This document shows, piece by piece, positions 25,610 through 34,252 of a stretch of 64,000 bases of DNA; the stretch's first letter is position 1; each line of letters begins with the position of its first letter. Made by a program: the position numbers and the translations under genes. Origin of the DNA: Pseudomonadota bacterium (lineage in GTDB: Bacteria; Desulfobacterota; Desulfovibrionia; Desulfovibrionales; Desulfovibrionaceae); the NCBI GenBank assembly GCA_023426275.1, contig JAFABC010000086.1:7806-71805 (forward strand), in the 5' to 3' direction. The notes under the pieces are model-generated. The model ran no database searches and had not been told where the DNA came from. It saw nothing but the letters and a program-made list of their open reading frames with translations.

Positions 25610-27754
25610 CTACGCGGGCAGCCTGAAGCCTTTGGCCTCAAAGGCCGTGGCAACATCCTGCATGCCCAGCTTCTCCAGGGTGGAGCGACGGGGCAGCCCT
25701 GTCTCCGGGTCCCAGCCCATGTACGTGTAGTAGACGGTCTTGGTCGCCTCGAAGTGATCGCGGTCAAGGGGCGGATGCGGCCGCTCGGCCTCGGGATAGG
25801 CCGGCAGCAGGCGGCTTTCCACCGGGGCGAAGAAATGCCCGGGCAACTGGTCGTGCTCCTGGCGCAGGTTCACCGGCTTGCCGCCGCCCCACTCCAGGGC
25901 CGTCACCAGCCGGTGCATGTTCCAGATGCGCGCGGCCCGCTCGTTGAGTTTGTCCTGGGTCATCTTCTCGCCGGTGACCAGTTCGAACATCTTGTACTCC
26001 ACGGACACATCCCCGGTGTAGCCCCTGTCCTTGCGGCCGCTGGTCATGATGGGGAAGACCCAGTCGCAGGCCGAGATGCTGTCCTTGATGCAGCCGCGCA
26101 GGTGGATGAAGCGGGTGATCGTGGCGTTGGCGTCGGCCGACTTGTCCCCGTTCCAGGTCAGGGGCACGTCCCGGTGGCGGGCCAGGTCGCTCAGGCCGTT
26201 GATGGCCACCTCCTCCCCCCAGATGGTCTTGGCCACGGGCAGGGCCTGCTCGAACTTGAGGCCCGTCCATTCCAGCAGGTTGGTCATGGAGTGGCGGTTG
26301 GGGTCGCGGTTCTCGACGGCGAAGTTCACGGCCCAGTAGTAGCCGAAGGTCCTGGGATCGTAGTGGGCCGACATGCCCCAGCCGCCGTTGCCGCCGACCA
26401 CGCCGCCCATGATGCCTTCCATGTCCTCGAAGCGCATGACCGCCTTGGCCGCGGCGGGCAGGCCCTCGGCCTCGAACTTCGCGGCGACGATGTCCATGGC
26501 CCGGCGGAAACCCTCGCCCAGGGCGTTGCCCAGGAAGCCCTGGCGATAGGCGATCATGTTCATGAGGGTTATCAGGCCGTCCGCGCCCAGTTCGCCCTTG
26601 GGCGGATAGTGGCCCTTGCCCAGGCCGGCGGCGATTTCGGCCGAGACCAGCTTCTTGCCCCGGAGGTGGTCGAGGAGGCTTTTGCCGTCCACCGTCTCAT
26701 CCTGGAGAAACCAGACGAACTGGATCATGGGGAACATCTCGAAGGTGTCCACCCCGAGCTTGTTGGCCATCTGGTTGGCCAGGAACGTGGCCTTGTCCCG
26801 GTTGCCGATCCAGGAATAGAACCATTGGGTGCAGCTCACCGCGCCGCCGCCCATGCCGGGCACGTTCATGTAGGCGTAGCAGCCCTGCGGGCAGGCGTAA
26901 CAGGACTGGGGCTTGACGTGGTACTCGTTGAGCCAGGGCGCGCAGCTCTTGGTCTGGTCGAAGCGCAGGGCCTGCTTGTTGATGTTTTTGGGATCGACGT
27001 ACTTTTCCGTCCAGCTCAAGGGGCCATGGGACAGGGGCGTGGCCCCCAGGGGCCCGGGCTGGAACTCGCGCACGCTTTTCACGTATTTGACCAACCCGTC
27101 CTTGTCGGCCACCTTGACCCCGCCCGTGCCGCGCACGGCGATGGCCTTGAGGTTCTTCGAGCCCATGACAGCCCCGAACCCGCCCTGGCCGGCGGCGTTG
27201 CCGATGCGGTGGATGACCGGGGAGATGCGCACCAGCTTCTCGCCCGAGGGGCCGATGATCGCGACCTGCACCTTCTCGTCGCCAAGCTTCTCCTTGATGG
27301 CGTCCTGGGCCGCGAAGGTGTCCTTGCCCCAGATGAAGGCCGCATCCTCCACGCTCACCTTGTCGTCGGCGATGTTGATGAAGGCCGGTCTGGGCGCCTT
27401 GCCCTGGATGATGACGGCGTCATAGCCGGCGAATTTGAGCTCCGCGCCCCAATAGCCGCCAAAGCCGCTTCTGGAGACCAGCGGATGCTTGGAATGGGGG
27501 GCGTAGACGTGGGGAGAGACGCCGATGACCTCGGACCGGCCGGTGGAGGGAGCCAGGGTTCCGGTCAGGGGGCCGACGGCAAAGATCAGCCGGCTGTCCG
27601 GGCTGAAGGGGTCGGCCAGGGGGGCCTCGTCGAAAATGACCTTGTAGCCGATGCCGATCCCCCCGGTATAGTCGAGATATTTGGCGGTCTCTTCCTTGGT
27701 GACCTTGCCGTTGCTGAGATCGACGCGCAGTATCGTTCCGGTCCATCCATTCAT
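25610..27754 (-). CDS. Aldehyde:ferredoxin oxidoreductase family enzyme (YdhV-like), copy 2
   Basis: Start MNGWTG after AGGAG; same motifs as copy 1 (CYACPQGC, SISACDW). Confidence 0.92.
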   Translation of the reverse strand: MNGWTGTILRVDLSNGKVTKEETAKYLDYTGGIGIGYKVIFDEAPLADPFSPDSRLIFAVGPLTGTLAPSTGRSEVIGVSPHVYAPHSKHPLVSRSGFGGYWGAELKFAGYDAVIIQGKAPRPAFINIADDKVSVEDAAFIWGKDTFAAQDAIKEKLGDEKVQVAIIGPSGEKLVRISPVIHRIGNAAGQGGFGAVMGSKNLKAIAVRGTGGVKVADKDGLVKYVKSVREFQPGPLGATPLSHGPLSWTEKYVDPKNINKQALRFDQTKSCAPWLNEYHVKPQSCYACPQGCYAYMNVPGMGGGAVSCTQWFYSWIGNRDKATFLANQMANKLGVDTFEMFPMIQFVWFLQDETVDGKSLLDHLRGKKLVSAEIAAGLGKGHYPPKGELGADGLITLMNMIAYRQGFLGNALGEGFRRAMDIVAAKFEAEGLPAAAKAVMRFEDMEGIMGGVVGGNGGWGMSAHYDPRTFGYYWAVNFAVENRDPNRHSMTNLLEWTGLKFEQALPVAKTIWGEEVAINGLSDLARHRDVPLTWNGDKSADANATITRFIHLRGCIKDSISACDWVFPIMTSGRKDRGYTGDVSVEYKMFELVTGEKMTQDKLNERAARIWNMHRLVTALEWGGGKPVNLRQEHDQLPGHFFAPVESRLLPAYPEAERPHPPLDRDHFEATKTVYYTYMGWDPETGLPRRSTLEKLGMQDVATAFEAKGFRLPA

Positions 27755-27780
27755 GATCAAGACTCCTGCTGGGTAGGGGG

Positions 27781-28452
27781 TCAACGCAGGTCGACAAAGG
27801 TCAGGGCGTCGGCCGGGCAGTATTTGACGCATTGCGGATCGCCGCCGCACAGGTCGCACTTGCTGAAAATGCTCTTTTCCTTGTTCTCGACGATCATGTT
27901 CCAGGGACAGGCGGCCATGCACTCGCCGCAGCCGGTGCATTTCGCCGGGTCGATGACGCGGGCCCCAGTCTTCGGGTCGAGCACCAGGGCGTCGTAGGCG
28001 CAGGCCAGGTAGCAGTCGGCCATGTTGCACTGGCGGCAGACGTCGGCCATGACGGCCAGCTTGGACAGGGTCTTGGTCGGATCGTAGTCCGTGTGGATGC
28101 GGCTGAGGGCGGGCTGGCACAGGCCGTCATGGCCCAGGGAGCAGACGATTTCGCAGGTGCGGCAGCCCACGCACTGGGTCGGGTTGGTGGACAGCCAGGC
28201 CTTGGTATTCGGCAGCTGGTCCGGCGTGATCTCGCGATTATAATGCTTTGGATTGAAATTTTTCGGAGCGGCAATGGCATTGACGGCAACCGTGCCGGCA
28301 ACGACCTGCAACCCGAGGACCTTGAGCATCTTTCTGCGGCTCATGCCGTTTTGTTGCTGCGATGTGTTTTCCGTTGATTCGTCTGGTTGCGTCTCGCAAC
28401 ATTCAGTTTCCGATTCCGGCTGTCGCAAAAATTTGAAGATATTCCTCCGCAC
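27781..28452 (-). CDS. Tat-signal 4x[4Fe-4S] ferredoxin-like subunit, copy 2
   Basis: GTG start after GAGGAGG; SRRKMLKVLG twin-arginine motif; four Cys clusters. Confidence 0.88.
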   Translation of the reverse strand: MRRNIFKFLRQPESETECCETQPDESTENTSQQQNGMSRRKMLKVLGLQVVAGTVAVNAIAAPKNFNPKHYNREITPDQLPNTKAWLSTNPTQCVGCRTCEIVCSLGHDGLCQPALSRIHTDYDPTKTLSKLAVMADVCRQCNMADCYLACAYDALVLDPKTGARVIDPAKCTGCGECMAACPWNMIVENKEKSIFSKCDLCGGDPQCVKYCPADALTFVDLR

Positions 28453-28504
28453 GATGGCCTCCTCTGTCGTTATGGAGTTCTGCGTTCGTTGGTTCCTTTT
28501 AAAG

Positions 28505-28520
28505 AGCAAAAAGAAGACCA
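28505..28520 (-). promoter_or_regulatory. Sigma54 promoter of AOR operon 2
   Basis: Minus-strand TGGTCTTCTTTTTGCT with GG-N10-GC spacing. Confidence 0.7.
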
Positions 28521-28672
28521 GCTTGCGGGCAGGCGCCGCCACGACAGGCCATGGCGGGCATGGCCGGGAAAGAGCGCCGCATGATCATTGGTTATTTTTA
28601 GCATGACAAAAAGCACGAAAGCGCTCCGGGAGCGCGGCCGGTCACGGTTTGAAGGATGGCCGCGCAAAAACC

Positions 28673-28720
28673 GGGTCACACTGACCCAAATAGCGTGATT
28701 GAAGCGGGTCAATGTGATAT
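28673..28720. promoter_or_regulatory. Putative tandem enhancer (bEBP) sites for AOR operon 2
   Basis: Perfect palindrome GGGTCA-CAC-TGACCC (28673-28687) and GGGTCA-ATG-TGATAT (28706-28720), 33 bp apart. Confidence 0.6.
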
Positions 28721-28930
28721 GATTGCCCGGCATTGACAGAAAGGGGACGAACAACTAGGCAAGATCAAAAGGATTCTCAAAAAAAGGCCTGACGACGGCG
28801 ACATCCGGCCGACGGCCGCCCACGGCGGCGGACGGTCACGCCCGGGCCGCCGCTGCGGACCGGGACAGGCCGGCGGCACGAGCATCGCCCGGCCTTCCCG
28901 CCAGGCTCCAAAACCGGGGGCGCAAGGACC

Positions 28931-30073
28931 ATGGGCATTTACAAGTTCACCATCCCGGAAATCATTTTCGGCCGCGGCAGCTTCGACTATGCCGGCGTGT
29001 GCGCCAAACAGCTCGGGGCCTCGAAAATCTTCGTCGTGTCCGACCCGGGCGTGGAGGCGGCCGGCTGGGTGGAGAAACTCGTGGCCATCCTCAGGCGGGA
29101 GGGCCTGGACTTCGTCTATTGCAACGACGTGGCCCAGAATCCCAAGGATTATCAGGTCAAGAAGGGCGTGGAGCTGTACCGCCAAAGCGGCGCGGACGTG
29201 GTCCTGGCCCTGGGCGGGGGCAGCGTCATGGACGCGGCCAAGGGCATTGCCCTGGTGGCCAGCAACGGCGGGGAGATCAAGGACTACGAGGGAGCCAACC
29301 AGGTCAAGGATCCCCTCCCCCCCATGGTTTTCATCCCCTCGACCATGGGCAGCGAATCCAATATTTCCCAGTTCGCCGTGGTCACCGATGTGGCGCGACG
29401 CATCAAGATGACCATCATCAGCCGCACCCTGGTGCCCAATATCTCCATCACCGACCCGAACCTGCTCGGCACGCTCGACCGCGAACTGCTTCTGGCCCCC
29501 CTGTTCGACGCCCTGGCCCATGCGGTGGAGTCCTACCTGTCGCCCCTGGCCAACCCCCTGACCGAGGTGCAAAGCCTCAAAGGGCTCGACCTGCTCTGGC
29601 GCCACAGCCGGCCGGCCCTGGCGACCCTGGCCCTCGACGACCTGGAACAGCTGGCCGTGGCCGGGCTGTCCTCCGGCATCGCCTTCACCAACGCCAGCGT
29701 GGGGCTGGGGCACGCCCTGGCCCATGCCCTGGGCGGCATGTACGACGTTGTGCACGGCATTTCCCACGCCCTGCTCCTGCCCAGCGTCATGCGGTACAAC
29801 ATGCCGGAGTGCCTTGAAAAAATGGCCGTGATCGGACGCATTCTCCTTGGCGAGCGCCTGGAGGACGACCGGGCCACGGCCGAGGCCGGCATCGAGGCCC
29901 TGGAACGATTCCGCGGGGAGATCGGCCTGCCGACGCAGCTGCGCGAGGTCCTGCCCGACAACACCATGCTCCCCGAGATGAGCCGCAACGCCGCCAACGA
30001 CATCTGCCTGCTCACCAACCCCCGTCCGGCCGACTGGAAGGACATCCTGAACATCTACTACGGAGCATGGTGA
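28931..30073 (+). CDS. Iron-containing alcohol dehydrogenase family protein, ErcA-like regulatory type
   Basis: KFTIPEIIFGRG, VSDPGV.AAGW, GGGSVMDAAK, DALAHAVE, HALAH...HG metal ligands; overlaps the kinase start. Confidence 0.85.
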   Translation: MGIYKFTIPEIIFGRGSFDYAGVCAKQLGASKIFVVSDPGVEAAGWVEKLVAILRREGLDFVYCNDVAQNPKDYQVKKGVELYRQSGADVVLALGGGSVMDAAKGIALVASNGGEIKDYEGANQVKDPLPPMVFIPSTMGSESNISQFAVVTDVARRIKMTIISRTLVPNISITDPNLLGTLDRELLLAPLFDALAHAVESYLSPLANPLTEVQSLKGLDLLWRHSRPALATLALDDLEQLAVAGLSSGIAFTNASVGLGHALAHALGGMYDVVHGISHALLLPSVMRYNMPECLEKMAVIGRILLGERLEDDRATAEAGIEALERFRGEIGLPTQLREVLPDNTMLPEMSRNAANDICLLTNPRPADWKDILNIYYGAW

Positions 30074-31281
30074 TGGAGCACAAAGCCAAGCTCGAGGACA
30101 TCAGCGGCATCGAAACCGTCAAGCTCGGCTTTTTCAAGGAGGTCCAGCGCAAGATCAGCGAACTGAAGGCCTCCAACCAGGAGCTGGAGCAGAAACGGCG
30201 GGACATCCAGGCCATCCTGGACGGCATTCCCGACGTCATGGCCGTCATTTCCCCGGAGAAAAAGGTGCTGTCGGTCAACAAGTCCTTTTACGACACCTAT
30301 CCGGGCGTCGAGCCGACGGGCCTGCCCTGCCACAAGGTCTTCAAGGACCAGGACGTCCCCTGCGCCCCCTGCTCCATCGACCTGGCCATGGAAAGTCCGA
30401 CCAGGGTGTCGCGCAGTCTGCAGATTCTCAACCGCAGCGGCGAGAACCGGCAGATCGAGTGCACCGCCTCGGTGATGCAAAACAGCCGGGACAAGCCGGA
30501 CCGGATCCTGCTGCTCCAGCGGGACGTGACCCTGGAAAAGCAGTTCCAGGCCAAATTCTTCCTGGCCGAGCGCATGGCCACGGTGGGCGTGTTGGCCGAG
30601 GGCGTGGCCCATGAGATCAACAACCCCCTCACCGGCATCAGCGGGTTCGCCGAGGCCCTGGTGCTGCGCCTGGGCGAGCTTGAGGCCCTGGTTCCCAAGG
30701 GCGCGGCAAGCGAGGCCATCTTCGAGGACTTCCGCGAATTTCTGGACACGATCCTCAAGGAATGCAGCCGGTGCTCGGACATCGTCCAAAACCTCCTGAC
30801 CTTCGGCCATCGCGAGATCAAGCGCCTGTCCACCGTCAACCTCAACGCCCTGGTGACGAATTCCATCAAGCTGCTCGGCCCCAAGCTCAGCCGGCTCCCC
30901 AAGGACATCATCACCCTGGACCTGGACATGGACGAGCCGGTGGTGCTGGGCCATCCCGGGGAGCTCATGCAGGTTATGCTCAATCTGGTGCTCAACGCCC
31001 TGTACGCCGTGCGCGACTCGGGTAGTATCCGCATCAGCACCAGGGTCAGGGAGAATCTCGTGATCCTCGCCGTGGCCGACACCGGCGACGGCATCCAGCC
31101 CGAGCACATCAACAAGCTCTTCGAGCCGTTTTTTACCACCAAGCCCGCGGGCCAGGGCATCGGCGTCGGCCTGTCCACCTGTTACAACATCATCCGGAAA
31201 CACGGCGGGGAGATCAGCGTGGAGAGCGAACCGGGCCAGGGTTCGGTCTTCGAGGTCATCCTGCCCTATCTGGCGCAATAG
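30067..31281 (+). CDS. Soluble PAS sensor histidine kinase
   Basis: No TM; coiled coil + PAS (Cys-rich CHKVF...CAPC); AHEINNP H-box, NLVLNA, DTGDG, FFTTK, G.GVGL. Confidence 0.92.
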   Translation: MVMEHKAKLEDISGIETVKLGFFKEVQRKISELKASNQELEQKRRDIQAILDGIPDVMAVISPEKKVLSVNKSFYDTYPGVEPTGLPCHKVFKDQDVPCAPCSIDLAMESPTRVSRSLQILNRSGENRQIECTASVMQNSRDKPDRILLLQRDVTLEKQFQAKFFLAERMATVGVLAEGVAHEINNPLTGISGFAEALVLRLGELEALVPKGAASEAIFEDFREFLDTILKECSRCSDIVQNLLTFGHREIKRLSTVNLNALVTNSIKLLGPKLSRLPKDIITLDLDMDEPVVLGHPGELMQVMLNLVLNALYAVRDSGSIRISTRVRENLVILAVADTGDGIQPEHINKLFEPFFTTKPAGQGIGVGLSTCYNIIRKHGGEISVESEPGQGSVFEVILPYLAQ

Positions 31282-31292
31282 GTTGGCACAGC

Positions 31293-32669
31293 ATGTACAC
31301 GACCGGATGCATCAATATCCTGGTGGTCGATGACGAGCCGTCCATCCGACGGCTGGCCCAAAAGGCCCTGGCCGGGCCCGACCGGATCGTGACCACGGCC
31401 GATTCGGCCGAAAAGGCCATGCGACTGGCCGACGCCCAGGACTTCGACGTCATCCTCCTGGACATCCGCCTCCCCGACAGCAACGGCCTTGGCCTGCTCG
31501 AACGGTTCCGGGAACGCCTCCCCGATGTGGAGGTGATCATGATCACCGCCTACGCCGAGGTGGCCACGGCGGTCGAGGCCATGAAGATGGGGGCCTACGA
31601 CTACATCACCAAGCCGTTTTCCCTGGAACGGATCAGCCTCGTCATCGAGAAGGCCTACCAACGCTCCCAGCTGCAACGGGAAAACCGCATCCTGCGCCGG
31701 ACCAGACCCGCCACGGCGGATCCCAAACTCATCGGCCATTCCGTGGCCATCAAAAACATCCTCTATCTCATCGGCAAGGTGGCCCCGACCCAGGCCCCCG
31801 TGCTCATCACCGGCGAAAGCGGCGCGGGCAAGGATGTCGTGGCCCACACCATCCACCGGCTGAGCGCCTGCGCCGACAGGGCGCTGGTCATCAAGAACTG
31901 CAGCACGTTCAACAAGGATCTGCTGCGCAGCGAACTGTTCGGCTACCGCAAGGGCGCCTTCACCGGGGCCTCCGAATCCCACAACGGCCTGCTCGCCCTG
32001 GCCAACAACAGTTCGCTGTTCCTGGACGAGGTGGGCGAACTGTCCCTGGAACTCCAGTCCATGCTGCTGCGGGTGCTGGAATCCCAGACGTATCGCCGGG
32101 TGGGGGACACCGAAGAATGCAAGGTGAACATCCGCTTCCTGTTCGCCACCAACCGCGATCTGGCCAGGGAGGTGGAGGCCGGCCGTTTCCACGAGGCCCT
32201 CTTCCACCGCCTCAACATCTTTTGCATCGACATTCCGCCGCTACGGGACCGGAAAGAGGACATCCCGGCCCTGACGCAGTATTTCCTCGGCCACATTTAT
32301 CCGGACCGGCCGCCCTACAAGATCACGCCCCGGGCCGAGGAATGTTTCCACGCCTACGACTGGCCGGGCAACGTCAGGGAGCTGCGAAACGTCATCGAGC
32401 GGGCCATCATCCTGTCCGAAAACGACCTGATCACCCCGGGCAACCTGCCCCAGGACATTGTCCGGTCCCTTGACGGGTCCGCGACGGAGGGCGTCTTCCC
32501 GACCCTGGAGCAAAGCGAACGCCAGCTCATCGAGCGGGTGCTCAACCATGTGAAATCGAACCGGACCCTGGCCGCCAAGATGCTCGGCATCGGCCGCAAG
32601 ACCCTTTACCGCAAGCTGTGCAAGTTCAAGCTGTCGCAGGATCTCGTCCGGGATGGCCGGCACTTGTAA
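31293..32669 (+). CDS. NtrC-family sigma54-dependent response regulator
   Basis: Receiver domain (VDDE, LLDIRLP), GESGAGK, GAFTGA, WPGNVREL, Fis-type HTH. Confidence 0.95.
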   Translation: MYTTGCINILVVDDEPSIRRLAQKALAGPDRIVTTADSAEKAMRLADAQDFDVILLDIRLPDSNGLGLLERFRERLPDVEVIMITAYAEVATAVEAMKMGAYDYITKPFSLERISLVIEKAYQRSQLQRENRILRRTRPATADPKLIGHSVAIKNILYLIGKVAPTQAPVLITGESGAGKDVVAHTIHRLSACADRALVIKNCSTFNKDLLRSELFGYRKGAFTGASESHNGLLALANNSSLFLDEVGELSLELQSMLLRVLESQTYRRVGDTEECKVNIRFLFATNRDLAREVEAGRFHEALFHRLNIFCIDIPPLRDRKEDIPALTQYFLGHIYPDRPPYKITPRAEECFHAYDWPGNVRELRNVIERAIILSENDLITPGNLPQDIVRSLDGSATEGVFPTLEQSERQLIERVLNHVKSNRTLAAKMLGIGRKTLYRKLCKFKLSQDLVRDGRHL

Positions 32670-32670
32670 G

Positions 32671-32752
32671 GCGGAGGCCCGGTGTTCCGGACAGTTCGCC
32701 CCGCCCTCCCGACGCAACGGCTTGCGGTGAAAATCGCAGGCCGTTTTTTGTT
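32671..32752 (+). repeat. Degenerate tRNA-Pro 3'-end att scar plus identical terminator
   Basis: GGTGTTC-N8-TCGCCCCG-N11-CAACGGCTTGCGGTGAAAATCGCAGGCCGTTTTTTGTT has the same spacing as 13282-13353; the last 38 bp are identical. Confidence 0.75.
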
Positions 32753-33051
32753 GGAACAGGTTGTGTCGGCCATTTTGCGGGTGAAATCAGCCACAGGACG
32801 CCGGGGCGTCGCAGGGCCCGGGAAGGGCGCGGCAAAAATAACTGCAAAATCCCGCATTCCATCTTGAAAAAAAACGCCTCCTGGCCCAAAGTGCCACTAG
32901 TCGCAAAAAGCCTTGTGCAAAAAGGCCCGCCCATCTGGCCCGATCGTGGTCCAATGCAGCCAACCGTGCGAAACAGGCCTCTTGCGAAGGCGGCATTGTT
33001 TTTCCGTACACATATGAAACACTATAACGAACCGCAGCAAGACTTCAGCCC

Positions 33052-34059
33052 ATGAAAAATCAAGACCAAACCCTTAACCTCGACACCCTGCGGCTTCCCC
33101 TGTCCGGCTTTCGATTTCTCAATACGAACCGGGCGGAAGATGTGGACTGGGCCTTGTCAGAAAATTTCAACAATGGAATGGTGACGATATTTCAGGAAAA
33201 AAAGTTCAAGCTCATCTACAACCATGTCAGCATCGGGAGCGTATCGTTCAATGTCGCCGCCACGTCCTCGGGCTATGCCGTCCACGCCAACCAGGATATG
33301 GAGAGCTTTGTCCTCATAGACCTCACCCATGGCCAGCTCGATGTCCAGGCCAACAACAAAAAAGTGCTGTGCGTTCCGGGAAAGTTGGCGGCCGTTCTCG
33401 ACTTTGTGCATCCCGCCCTCATTTCCATCCGGCCGTTTTACAGCAACACGACCGTGCGCTTCACCCGGGCGGCCATTGAACAGACCCTGGAACGCCACCT
33501 CGGCAAGCCCTTGCGCGCGCCTTTGCAATTCACGCCCCAGGTCGATCTTTCCCAGCCCGGCCCGAAGCGGCTGCGGGCCATCCTCAATCAGGTCATCGCC
33601 ACCTTCGAGCAGGATGCGGCCTTGTCCGAAGCGCCGCTGCTCGTCGGCCAATACGAGCAGCTCCTGCTGACGGCCCTGCTCACCTGCCTGGACCATAACG
33701 CCTCGAAACTCCTGCGCGCGCCAGCCAAGCCGGCCCCGTCCAAGATCGTCGCCATGGCCGAGTCCTTTCTCGAAGCCCATGCCGACAAGCCGCTCAATCT
33801 CGGCGACCTGAGCGCGCTCACCGGCATGAGCGCACGCTCCATCCAGCTCGCCTTCCAGAAGCATCGCGGCTATTCCCCGTCGCGCTTTCTGCGGGAGTGC
33901 CGCCTGACCCGGGCGCGGGACATCCTGCGCCGCGCCGCGCCGGGAACGAGCCTGCTCGCCGTGTCCCTGGCCTGCGGGTTCGCCTCGCAAAGTCTTTTTT
34001 GCCGCCTCTACCGCGAACGGTTTGGCGAAAAACCCTCGGAAACCCTGGCAAAAACCTGA
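33052..34059 (+). CDS. AraC-family transcriptional regulator
   Basis: C-terminal double HTH (SARSIQLAFQKHRG.SP..FL..CRL; CGF...F...YRERFGEKPSETL). Confidence 0.92.
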   Translation: MKNQDQTLNLDTLRLPLSGFRFLNTNRAEDVDWALSENFNNGMVTIFQEKKFKLIYNHVSIGSVSFNVAATSSGYAVHANQDMESFVLIDLTHGQLDVQANNKKVLCVPGKLAAVLDFVHPALISIRPFYSNTTVRFTRAAIEQTLERHLGKPLRAPLQFTPQVDLSQPGPKRLRAILNQVIATFEQDAALSEAPLLVGQYEQLLLTALLTCLDHNASKLLRAPAKPAPSKIVAMAESFLEAHADKPLNLGDLSALTGMSARSIQLAFQKHRGYSPSRFLRECRLTRARDILRRAAPGTSLLAVSLACGFASQSLFCRLYRERFGEKPSETLAKT

Positions 34060-34252
34060 ATCAACGTCCCCGGGGACACCGGAGCCTTTCGTTTTGAGAT
34101 AAGATCTTGCGCCATCGAATAAGACAGCAAGGAACCGGCATGGTATTCGCCAGACAAGAGCGGAAACGTCTCGCAAGACCCTGTTGCATGGGTTCTGGCC
34201 GATACGCCGCCACGAGGGGCTCCCCCCCTCCTGCAACACACTGGAGTCCGGC

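Noticed and set aside
25610..28120. 836-aa AOR with a long N-terminal extension
   Set aside because: The extension is an alternative frame of the ferredoxin gene; the true start is MNGWTG at 27754 with an RBS.
34136..34151. Sigma54 promoter before the beta-barrel gene (CGGCATGGTATTCGCC)
   Set aside because: Spacing fits but both conserved boxes deviate, and the adjacent regulator is AraC-type.
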